Of a DNA stretch of 28,982 nt, positions 18,101 through 24,527 are shown one piece after another. This DNA comes from Patescibacteria group bacterium. Lineage in GTDB: Bacteria; Patescibacteriota; Minisyncoccia; UBA6257; GWB1-50-10. Positions within the stretch are counted from its first letter, which is position 1, and each line of letters starts with the position of its first letter. The stretch is taken from NCBI GenBank assembly GCA_038065455.1, contig JBBTQX010000010.1, positions 1 to 28,982 of the forward strand. The letters are read 5' to 3'. Below the pieces are notes generated by a model that saw only the letters and a program-made list of their open reading frames with translations, was not told the DNA's origin and did no database searches. Made by a program: the position numbers and the translations under genes.

Positions 18101-18941
18101 TAAAAGAAAAAACTCCATTAGCTCTGACTACTGGATAATCGCCGAATTCATTATCAATTTTTATTCCATAACTTTTACCGTCACTTTCAATTCTAAAATA
18201 ATCTGCTTGTGGTAAAAAATAACCACTATTGATAGTGTTTTTGCTATAAAAGTTATTATTGGAATACTTCGCCAATCCGTCAAAATACGAATTCAAATCG
18301 CTTAATTGAATCGGGGACTTCCCGTTCAATCTCCCCGGCAAACCGGAATCCTTATTATTCAGCTTGAATTTGTCCGTCCAATTCTCGTAGGGACTGTCGC
18401 CCGGATGAGGGTCGTTCCGCGTATGGTCCGGCACGCTCGCATCCTCTATCAAATGGAGGATATGCCCTAGCGCGAAAAAGGCTTTTTCTTTTTCCCCGTT
18501 TACGTAATATTCCAATGCCTTGTGCCAAGTGAAATTCGTTTCGGATGATATTCCGCTTATTTTTCCGGTTTGAGCGGCGGATAAAATAGAAGCGATAGTC
18601 GCGGGAACTTTATACTTCACGCTATTCTGATTCGTCTGATTATTCGCCCAATCCTTCGATTTTTCCCAACTTCCGAGAAGCGAGTCGTGAAAACCGACAT
18701 TGTTTACCGGGTCATAGAAGTGATTCATCGGCCGGATATTGTCGTCCTCTTTCCGTGACCCGTCTATCATATAATTTCGGAAACCTTCGGGTATTTGATT
18801 GCCGAGAAAATTCTTATTATAAAAATTCACAATCTCATCCGTCAGATAGGCGTGCGTGCCGATATTGTAGGCAAAAGACTCTCTTGGGAAAGAGATAAAT
18901 AAAAAAGATAAAACAAGCGAAAATAAGATAAGTCTTTCCAT
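15183..18941 (-). CDS. Large secreted protein: Zn-dependent phospholipase C/P1-nuclease-like domain, low-complexity linker, lamin-tail domain (LTD) and Fn3-like repeats
   Basis: Signal peptide then YNIGTH, HFYDP and LGHILHLIEDASVPDH...YE; IFVSELLF...EFVELYN...LSGWSL (LTD); W..A.D...Y...RA.D..G Fn3-like segments. Confidence 0.78.
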   Translation of the reverse strand: MERLILFSLVLSFLFISFPRESFAYNIGTHAYLTDEIVNFYNKNFLGNQIPEGFRNYMIDGSRKEDDNIRPMNHFYDPVNNVGFHDSLLGSWEKSKDWANNQTNQNSVKYKVPATIASILSAAQTGKISGISSETNFTWHKALEYYVNGEKEKAFFALGHILHLIEDASVPDHTRNDPHPGDSPYENWTDKFKLNNKDSGLPGRLNGKSPIQLSDLNSYFDGLAKYSNNNFYSKNTINSGYFLPQADYFRIESDGKSYGIKIDNEFGDYPVVRANGVFSFNNDELLNRPTIMSQYWSRLSTKSVQYGAGIVYLFFKEAEMAKNDPNFKKQNQKSFLASIGEAIRGIFQSADNAGNSDITDTISGAIFDNSTQSDEVNSEDIGEKSILSPEKGDIETDEGTVEADEGTVEADEGTVEADEEIIETSEGNSEMDALNERIDSLISKTANLKSKALARKTIPEVVSLKTPPATSMPKLPPVQAPPVQAPVVQQPTLPPIVYYPPVTYYYYYNQTTNTTSTATSTNSSNGGNNSTSTNTNATSSALNSVGTSTFSNTIFVSELLFHATGDGGDVGKEFVELYNDGNQSLNLSGWSLKYFRSDSTSTNSLALFGESEHTADRMVIPAKGYLLVGLNDYNAVNYSGTAADILRTASLPNVSGASEGVAITAYLFDNIGAGVGGLAYTNTSISQAGQSLERKAKPTGNCISAGSGEGEFAGNSCSGSQSGDFETRSNPKPQNSGSLPEPRMAPNLTGASLTYSSSTMKLVFKWNEALDSMGDALSVRYEIRNASTSEIFATTSAAIGLSRSIDEIGRNYAFFLRAFDRDGLGSPPANLSADVPSFFSNLYFYRDSRSGGGNVVDAYYGNYPFIPGSYGNWKLVLLYVNSAAPKDANLIENNKFSPADNSNLAILSYLRCSGDGYVTSNKFILLPEGDHCSSLGGGLNPQGMSGLEDFHFIVPIAVPSGVTDFGPSAYVTAAFYDYSSTIGGYANFRLAAADKRQYHFQSAPPPSLPPLAPADVTLQFDSLHSALNLAWPKATDPDSLDNNIFYEFNYSSSTEFSPAGWQSTGRNLSASVPVNFPHGYKIGVRAVDDFGNISQPVAKNWNFPTNYNPFPHQNDASQIVGTSNGAGQRIFIQIGSNAGKIGMTVGKGAGPYSVTDTFIGIYSDNNGSMGNLIATTTDVNYQWPMEDHPSARSLEFSFISPIYLNSNSYYWLVPMNGPGISNTNYIFGSAGDSYSDGYWSGDMGKDASFFLQ
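17538..17563. repeat. Palindrome family 2, in CDS
   Basis: AGGTGGTGTCTTT|AAAGACACCACCT, perfect 26 bp. Confidence 0.9.
17684..17762. repeat. 21-bp tandem repeat encoding GTVEADE
   Basis: CTTCGTCCGCTTCAACGGTTC three times exactly (17684-17746) plus a degenerate unit. Confidence 0.9.
17828..17853. repeat. Palindrome family 2 (degenerate), in CDS
   Basis: GGGTGCTAT-TGTCAAAG-ATAGCACCC. Confidence 0.8.
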
Positions 18942-18962
18942 CGCTTTGATTAAACTAACTGC

Positions 18963-19487
18963 CTACATACTCTCTATTTTCCAGACGCCGGAATATTTGT
19001 TTATACGTAAATCTATATCTGTAACAAAAATTCCCTTTTTATCATATGATGAAAAAACAAAATAATCTGAACTTATAGCCGAATTGGGATCGGGTTTAGC
19101 AGAAACCGAAATATTGATTATTTCCCTTAAATCACCTTCATTATCAAATTTTATTAGAGACTTCTCCCATATTCTCCTCGTCAAATAATCCGGACTTTGC
19201 GTATTCGTATCCAGCATAAAATACTTACTCGCGAGCTCAATATCCCCCTTCTTCAGAGCATCCACAAACATCGCGAGGGTTTCTTCCGGGGTTTTGCCGC
19301 CATAGGTATCCGCTCGCATAGCGGCCTCGAATGCCTCCATTCCAGAAGTATATTTCTGCAAATTCTGCTCGAAAAGCTTATTTTGCTTGGCCTGCGGGGA
19401 AAAGTAATTTTCCCAGGTAAAGCGCGCGCCAATAGATAGAATTAGAACAACGAACCCCGCGCCGATGATAAAGAATTTATTTTTCAT
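18963..19487 (-). CDS. Membrane-anchored hypothetical protein upstream of the phospholipase-like gene
   Basis: N-terminal TM helix; GGKTPEETLAMFVDALKKGDIELASKYF start and WKI end reminiscent of NTF2-like folds. Confidence 0.75.
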   Translation of the reverse strand: MKNKFFIIGAGFVVLILSIGARFTWENYFSPQAKQNKLFEQNLQKYTSGMEAFEAAMRADTYGGKTPEETLAMFVDALKKGDIELASKYFMLDTNTQSPDYLTRRIWEKSLIKFDNEGDLREIINISVSAKPDPNSAISSDYFVFSSYDKKGIFVTDIDLRINKYSGVWKIESM

Positions 19488-19492
19488 GAATT

Positions 19493-19537
19493 AAAAAACA
19501 AAAACGGAAAACAGAGCTTGCGCCCTTTGTTTTCCGT
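19493..19537 (-). terminator. Terminator-like hairpin plus U-tract immediately upstream of the 19487 start
   Basis: Minus strand reads ACGGAAAACAAAGGGC-GCAA-GCTCTGTTTTCCGT-TTTTGTTTTTT. Confidence 0.6.
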
Positions 19538-19612
19538 CTCAAATCAATTTAATTTTAACTGTTATCTCTCCTAAATCAACCGACTTATGCACACCCCCGA
19601 ATATGGGAATAG

Positions 19613-19942
19613 TTAAAAATCTTTCCTGGCGGCGAAAGCAAACTGGTCGAAATATCGAATCAGGTCGGGAAACGAGCTTTTATAGAGCTTTCCGCCGTAA
19701 ACGGCATCGCAGAATACCTCCCGTGCCCGCCCAATCTCCCGGCGGCGGCCAATCCAGCGCGGATCGCCTAACGTAAGGTCGAAGAGATCCAAGGCCCGTT
19801 CTACCGCTCCCCAGAACAGCTTCTCATCTTTCCCTTCCTGGCGCGAAGTTCTCAAAACCTCGCTTCCGATATTACCGAGCTGTTCGGCCAATGAGAACCG
19901 ATACCATCCACCCGCCGCCAATTCTTTGTGAATAGGTGGCAT
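19613..19942 (-). CDS. Hypothetical helical protein paired with the DUF5674-like gene
   Basis: W..FSLAEQLGNIGSEV.R...ERALDLFDLT..DPR...EIGRARE; starts 1 bp after the upstream stop. Confidence 0.72.
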   Translation of the reverse strand: MPPIHKELAAGGWYRFSLAEQLGNIGSEVLRTSRQEGKDEKLFWGAVERALDLFDLTLGDPRWIGRRREIGRAREVFCDAVYGGKLYKSSFPDLIRYFDQFAFAARKDF

Positions 19943-19943
19943 A

Positions 19944-20294
19944 TCAATCCTCTATCAATTTTTTTACTATATTCAGTATGTTTTTCCTTGTTTCTGGATT
20001 TTCCACATCCCGCGAGCGATTGCCGAGATTCGGTTTCAAATTAACCATTGAATCAAATTCAATCCATTCGTTCTCCGGCTTATTCGGATAAATATTGATA
20101 CCCCAAGTGTCTTTCCGCTGGGAGCTTTCTTCTTCCGAAAGCAGGACTTCTTCATCCGTGTGAAGCTCTCCGCCGACTGCCATAATCTCCTGATTAACAT
20201 CGACTACTGCTTTAACCAAATCGCCGAATTCCGCATTAGCCATTAAAATCACCTCGGATTTCTTTATCGGTTTTTTTACTATTTTAATTTCCAT
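19944..20294 (-). CDS. DUF5674-like protein
   Basis: LVKAVVDV...GGELHTDEE.LL...WGINIYP...IEFDSMVNLKP. Start refined to MEIKIV because TGgTATTAT lies 6 nt upstream. Confidence 0.72.
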   Translation of the reverse strand: MEIKIVKKPIKKSEVILMANAEFGDLVKAVVDVNQEIMAVGGELHTDEEVLLSEEESSQRKDTWGINIYPNKPENEWIEFDSMVNLKPNLGNRSRDVENPETRKNILNIVKKLIED

Positions 20295-20311
20295 TTTTCT
20301 ATAATACCACA

Positions 20312-21262
20312 TTACTGGCTTTGGGAATTTTGGGGCGTGGGCGAGGAAGCGAGAATGAAATTCGCGCCTGTCCAGCCCGTTCGCGCGAGGCTCTGCCCCT
20401 TCGGAATGTCGTCCCAGTATATTTCCTCCATCTTGTTCCCATCGGAATCATAAAGCGCGACCGCATTTTTCTTATATGCCAGGGTGTTCGACGAAGTCCA
20501 GGCGATATCGAGCGCGGCGCTCCCCGCGTAGCCCGAGGCATTGCCGAGAAGCAAATACCGGCCCGGCTGGATGACTTTTCCCGAAAATAGCTTAGCGGAG
20601 ACGAGCGAGCCTTCGCTCCCGGAAGAAGTTTTCTTTTTCAGAGTCCAGCCGGTCAAATCCACCGCATTTCCGCCGGCATTATACAATTCCACGAATTCGT
20701 AGTTGGCGCCGGAATCCGCGCCCGCCATTATTTCGCTCACTAATATCCGCCCGGTTTTTGAAACTGTGGTTGCGGATTGGATTTGAGGCTGGGTGCTATC
20801 TTTGAAGATAGCACCCGAATTGGAGGTGTTTGACGGAGAAATTTGAGATTGCGAAGACTGGGAAGACGTGTCGGGGTCGAGAATCGAGATGATTTCCGAA
20901 ATGCGCGTTTCGAGCAGACTTAGTTTATTGTTCAAAACTTTCAAATCTTCGCTCGAGGTTTTTGAAACAATGTTCGCGGTATACACCTTCACGCCTACGG
21001 GTGTGCTTGTGATATTTTTCTTCGGCTGGGTGGTGTCTTTAAAGACACCACCCGAATTCTCGTTCCCAAACTGGGAGGTATACTTAACTACACCACCCGG
21101 TTCTCCGGACTGATCTAAAGGGATTTTATTCAGGGGGATTTCGCCGACATACACTCCGGCGGAGGGAGAAAAAGCGCGAGTCGCGAGAGAGGTTAGGTTT
21201 TTCGGCCCGACCGCGAAAACAAATATCGCCAGAACGGTAAGAGTGATAAATAAAGCCTTCAC
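20312..21262 (-). CDS. Secreted or anchored lamin-tail-domain protein
   Basis: GTG start, hydrophobic N-terminus, and ILVSEIM...EFVELYN...VDLTGWTL...GQSLAR...PTP LTD motifs. Confidence 0.82.
   Translation of the reverse strand: MKALFITLTVLAIFVFAVGPKNLTSLATRAFSPSAGVYVGEIPLNKIPLDQSGEPGGVVKYTSQFGNENSGGVFKDTTQPKKNITSTPVGVKVYTANIVSKTSSEDLKVLNNKLSLLETRISEIISILDPDTSSQSSQSQISPSNTSNSGAIFKDSTQPQIQSATTVSKTGRILVSEIMAGADSGANYEFVELYNAGGNAVDLTGWTLKKKTSSGSEGSLVSAKLFSGKVIQPGRYLLLGNASGYAGSAALDIAWTSSNTLAYKKNAVALYDSDGNKMEEIYWDDIPKGQSLARTGWTGANFILASSPTPQNSQSQ
20791..20816. repeat. Palindrome family 2, in CDS
   Basis: GGGTGCTATCTT-TG-AAGATAGCACCC. Confidence 0.88.
21028..21053. repeat. Palindrome family 2, in CDS
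   Basis: GGGTGGTGTCTTT|AAAGACACCACCC, perfect 26 bp. Confidence 0.9.
21073..21098. repeat. Palindrome family 2 (degenerate), in CDS
   Basis: GGGAGGTATACTTAACTACACCACCC, 3 substitutions from the 27563-27588 copy. Confidence 0.75.
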
Positions 21263-21278
21263 GAAAATATTATAACAC

Positions 21279-21614
21279 TTACCTGCCCATGATTTTAGAT
21301 ATTTTCGATTTCAAATCCGGAAGATCTTTTCCGATTATTTCCCAAACCAATTCCGTATCGACGTCGAAATACTCGTGAGTGAGAAAATCTCTCGTACCGG
21401 CTATCTTTTTCCACGGAACATCAAGATGTTTTTCCTTAAAATCAACCGGCAGATTTTTGACGGCTTCGCCGATAATTTCCAATCTCCTAAGGACGGCGTC
21501 TTGGATTTTTAACGATGACTCGAATTGTTCCTTCGATATACCGGAAGCATATTCTTCTATTCGGACGATACTTTCCAGAATATGTTCAAGTAATACTTCC
21601 GGCTTCTTGGTCAT
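21279..21614 (-). CDS. HEPN/DUF86 (HepT-like) ribonuclease toxin
   Basis: DAVLRRLEIIGEAVK and PWKKIAGTRDFLTHEY (RX4HXY motif). Confidence 0.9.
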   Translation of the reverse strand: MTKKPEVLLEHILESIVRIEEYASGISKEQFESSLKIQDAVLRRLEIIGEAVKNLPVDFKEKHLDVPWKKIAGTRDFLTHEYFDVDTELVWEIIGKDLPDLKSKISKIMGR

Positions 21615-21892
21615 AATACCGAAACTAGGTCTTTTTGGATAAAGGGCCTTATTCTCGGAGATAGGGAACCCGGGGTCGCTAAATCCACCTTAATCCCCAG
21701 AATTTCCTCCAATTGCAATTTTAATGCGACCAAATCAAGCAAACTTTTGCCTTTGGGCAGTTCCACCAGCAAATCTATGTCGCTTGCCGGACCCGACTCT
21801 CCCCTTGCAACCGAACCGAAAATGGAGGCTCGGATGACTCCGGCGGCCCTCAAGGTCGGTAAAATTTTCAATTTTATGGAATCAATTTTCAT
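21611..21892 (-). CDS. Minimal nucleotidyltransferase (MntA-like antitoxin)
   Basis: FGSVARGESGPASDIDLLVE (GSX10DXD) and KVDL; 4-bp overlap with the HEPN gene. Confidence 0.9.
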   Translation of the reverse strand: MKIDSIKLKILPTLRAAGVIRASIFGSVARGESGPASDIDLLVELPKGKSLLDLVALKLQLEEILGIKVDLATPGSLSPRIRPFIQKDLVSVL

Positions 21893-21900
21893 ACGGAAAT

Positions 21901-21958
21901 ATTATACCATAAAAACGACAATCGCCAGAGCGGCGACGGAAAGAAATATGCCTTTCAC
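21901..21958 (-). repeat. Signal-peptide-like fragment, copy 1 (MKGIFLSVAALAIVVFMV*), ending in the MNT promoter
   Basis: Near-identical to 22840-22898 and similar to the first codons of the LTD gene at 21262. Confidence 0.8.
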
Positions 21959-21966
21959 GGTTTTAA

Positions 21967-22578
21967 TTATACCACGCTGAAACGGATGAGTTCTTTTTTT
22001 ATAACGGCGTCGGATACTTCGAATCCTTTCATATAAACTATATTCTCGGTGTAGTCGATGTCTTTAAAATAGGCCAGTTGGACGCGGAATATTTTTTCAT
22101 TGAATTCGTTGCCGAAGATTTTTTTCGCTTTCCACGCAATCGGCGAAATGTCGCCGTATTTCTTGGCGATATAATACAAATCGACATAATCCTTCCATTT
22201 GGCGCGGCGCCCCAACGCGTATGCTTTCATTGCTGCCAATGTCAAAAGATCGGGTATTCTTACTGTGTCATCAAACAATTTTTTGAATTCAATCGGATAT
22301 GGGTAATGAAAAAAGGTTATCTTGACGCTCCGCGCAATGAAGGTGAATTCCCCGGTTCTTTGCACGAGGATTTTTTCGATCTTCTCACGACGCGCGATGC
22401 GCGATTTCAAGATTAAAGTATTAAATAACGAATGTGAGAATAAATCAAAATCTATCGATCTTCTATGGCCGAGGTGAAGCGCTATAGCCGTTCCACCCAC
22501 CAAACCGAATTGTTTCGAAAACCTCCTAATCGTAGATAAGAGCATTTCCTGCTCCAAGGTTAAAATTTCTTTATGCAT
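21967..22578 (-). CDS. AbiEii/AbiGii-family nucleotidyltransferase toxin
   Basis: LVGGTAIALHLGHRRSIDFDLF and LAAMKAYALGRRAKWKDYVDLY motifs. Start refined to MHKEIL. Confidence 0.88.
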   Translation of the reverse strand: MHKEILTLEQEMLLSTIRRFSKQFGLVGGTAIALHLGHRRSIDFDLFSHSLFNTLILKSRIARREKIEKILVQRTGEFTFIARSVKITFFHYPYPIEFKKLFDDTVRIPDLLTLAAMKAYALGRRAKWKDYVDLYYIAKKYGDISPIAWKAKKIFGNEFNEKIFRVQLAYFKDIDYTENIVYMKGFEVSDAVIKKELIRFSVV

Positions 22579-22831
22579 GCGCGTGAAAATAATGCTTGAA
22601 ATAGTGCACAATTTCCGGGTAATAGTTCACTCTCTTTCTGCGGGGATGGGTTTGTTTTCTGAAAATCCGAGTTGTTTTCTTGATACCCAAGATGGAAATT
22701 AGTTTTTTCACATCGTCAAAATCGCCGTAATTCAGGACACTTTCCACTACCGCCTCTTCGGAAAGCTTATCGAGATCGCGGACATACCAAAATAGATATG
22801 GGCGCTTTTTAACAAATTCATCTATTTTCAT
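22571..22831 (-). CDS. Small partner or antitoxin of the AbiEii-type toxin (DUF6922-like)
   Basis: LFWYV....LSEEAVVESVLNYGDFDD; overlaps the toxin start. Confidence 0.72.
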   Translation of the reverse strand: MKIDEFVKKRPYLFWYVRDLDKLSEEAVVESVLNYGDFDDVKKLISILGIKKTTRIFRKQTHPRRKRVNYYPEIVHYFKHYFHAHA

Positions 22832-22839
22832 ATAAGACT

Positions 22840-22898
22840 ATTATACCACAAAAAACGACAATCGCCAGAGCGGCGACGAAAAGAAATATACCCTTCAT
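22840..22898 (-). repeat. Signal-peptide-like fragment, copy 2 (MKGIFLFVAALAIVVF...), ending in the AbiE-module promoter
   Basis: Shares AAAAACGACAATCGCCAGAGCGGCGACG and flanks with 21901-21958. Confidence 0.8.
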
Positions 22899-22907
22899 CG
22901 GAGTAGC

Positions 22908-23024
22908 TTATGAAAGATTATTCAATATTTTACCAATCTTCAATTTTAAATCTGGAAAGTCTTTTTGAGTAATTTCCCAAACTGTGTCCAAATCAATAGA
23001 AAAGTATTCATGAATAACATAATC
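22908..23024 (-). pseudogene. 3' remnant of a second HEPN/DUF86 toxin
   Basis: Translates to DYVIHEYFSIDLDTVWEITQKDFPDLKLKIGKILNNLS*, which aligns with DFLTHEYFDVDTELVWEIIGKDLPDLKSKISKIMGR of 21279-21614. There is no 5' part. Confidence 0.85.
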
Positions 23025-23028
23025 GCTA

Positions 23029-23049
23029 TTCGGAAGTCCGACTTCCGAA
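23029..23049. repeat. REP-like palindrome, family 1 variant
   Basis: TTCGGAAGTC-C-GACTTCCGAA. Confidence 0.85.
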
Positions 23050-23055
23050 GAAATA

Positions 23056-23322
23056 TTATTTGTAAATATCGTGCGTTCCGGCCTCTAAAAATAAAACGGT
23101 TCCTTCTCTAAGAAAGATAAATTTAATCCTGTAAGACTTTGCAATAGAAAAGGCCCACACTTCTCTTTCTTTACCGTGAAGTTTATGGGTATCAAGACGC
23201 GAATCAAACGGATCCTTTCTAAAAATCTTTTCTTTTTCCTTGGCGGCTTCCTTGACGCGGGTAGGCAGTTTTTTGTAGTGGCGCTCGAATCTCGAACTCG
23301 TTCGAACTTCGCGGATGACCAT
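23056..23322 (-). CDS. RelE/YafQ-like type II toxin
   Basis: FERHYKKLP...PFDSRLDTHKLHG...AFSI...YRIKF...GTHDIY. Confidence 0.87.
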   Translation of the reverse strand: MVIREVRTSSRFERHYKKLPTRVKEAAKEKEKIFRKDPFDSRLDTHKLHGKEREVWAFSIAKSYRIKFIFLREGTVLFLEAGTHDIYK

Positions 23323-23325
23323 ACA

Positions 23326-23544
23326 TCAATCCAAATTAGCTAAAGAACGAATCTTTATGGTTTTGCCTGATTTATATTCTTTTATTCCCTCCTCCGCAAG
23401 TTTATCTAACTTCTCCGCCTCTTTGCCAGTTAGATAATACGTGGGCGCTGATTTGGCGATAAGTTTCTCATACTCTCTCACGGGAAGAATGACTATGCCT
23501 GATTGCTTTTCTATTTTTGCCTTCTGAATAGTAATAGTATTCAT
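23326..23544 (-). CDS. Putative antitoxin
   Basis: 72 aa, 3 bp upstream of the toxin; VILPVREYEKL and EGIKEYKSGKT motifs. Confidence 0.75.
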   Translation of the reverse strand: MNTITIQKAKIEKQSGIVILPVREYEKLIAKSAPTYYLTGKEAEKLDKLAEEGIKEYKSGKTIKIRSLANLD

Positions 23545-23875
23545 ATTGATACTATATCACACTCAAAAATCCCTACAAGGCCGAGTCTTCGGGCTATAGG
23601 CAGAAGTTAAAAAAGCACCGCTCCTATCTTTAGGAGCGATGAATTAAAAAGTTTTTTGAAGAGAAATACGACCGCTACAGTTAACTGTAGCACCGATGAG
23701 GTTGGAGGCTTACAAAGAGCGCAACTGTACTGTTTTTTCTTATATCTTTTTCTCATACTGCATCTTTAATTTGCGCTTAAATTCATCAAGGGTTAAAAAA
23801 TTATCCCGATTTTTATTCTTAATTTCCGGAAAAACTTCTTCGACTTTTCAGGATAAGAAATTTGTCCTTTAAAAG

Positions 23876-24160
23876 CTATTTGAATTTCTTATAAATTTTG
23901 TCGTGGTGGTCAAAGTCGATGAAACGCAATTCGCCCTGATGAAATTCGTATACTAAAACAAAAGAACCGATGTGTAGGCGCCGACGATTTCTCAAGGTAT
24001 AGCGAAGAGGCTTGCCGATGCTGGGCTCGCGGAGAATCTTATTTATCTGATCTTGAATTCTTTCGAATAAGGCTGCGTTCTTTTTATACCGGCGAAGCGC
24101 GTTCTCAAATTCATGTGAATATACAATTTTAAAGATATCGCGATGTAGCCTATCTGCCAT
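23876..24160 (-). CDS. RelE/ParE-like type II toxin
   Basis: KILREPSIGKPLRYTL...RRLHIGSFVLVYE....FIDFDHHDKIY. Confidence 0.85.
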   Translation of the reverse strand: MADRLHRDIFKIVYSHEFENALRRYKKNAALFERIQDQINKILREPSIGKPLRYTLRNRRRLHIGSFVLVYEFHQGELRFIDFDHHDKIYKKFK

Positions 24161-24161
24161 A

Positions 24162-24392
24162 TCAAATGGCTCTCAACCACCTCTTCATCTCTTTCGGAGA
24201 ATTAAAAGAGCGGCCATTTCCTTTATCTAGCTCGCGACTAATTCTCTCCCACCTCTTTAATATCGCCGGCCGGATCAATACTTCATCAGATTGGAGAAGG
24301 CCCTTTTTAATGAATAATATTTCTTTTTCAAGCAATAGCTGGCGTTGGACAATATTTTGATACTCTCTTTTCGGTATAGTAATGGTATTCAT
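24162..24392 (-). CDS. Putative antitoxin
   Basis: 76 aa, 1 bp upstream of the toxin; TITIPKREY and G.GRSFNS.KE motifs. Confidence 0.75.
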   Translation of the reverse strand: MNTITIPKREYQNIVQRQLLLEKEILFIKKGLLQSDEVLIRPAILKRWERISRELDKGNGRSFNSPKEMKRWLRAI

Positions 24393-24502
24393 ATTTGCTA
24401 TAATATCACACCCAAAAATCAGAAGTCAAAACCCCGAAAATGTTTTTATGGCCTTTTACCAAATTAATAAGCCATGGCTGGATAACTTGGTAAAATAGTT
24501 AG

Positions 24503-24525
24503 CTTATGAAGTCGGACTTCGTAAG
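24503..24525. repeat. REP-like palindrome, family 1 variant
   Basis: CTTATGAAGTC-G-GACTTCGTAAG. Its reverse complement CTTACGAAGTCCGACTTCATAAG matches the 8117-8139 copy at 18 of 23 positions. Confidence 0.85.
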
Positions 24526-24527
24526 AT

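Noticed and set aside
17538-21098. CRISPR array interpretation of the 26-bp palindromes
   Set aside because: Copies are dispersed, irregularly spaced and inside CDSs, and no cas genes are present.
21279-24525. Integron cassette array or prophage interpretation of the TA cluster
   Set aside because: No attC-like R''/R' boxes, integrase or phage structural genes were seen.
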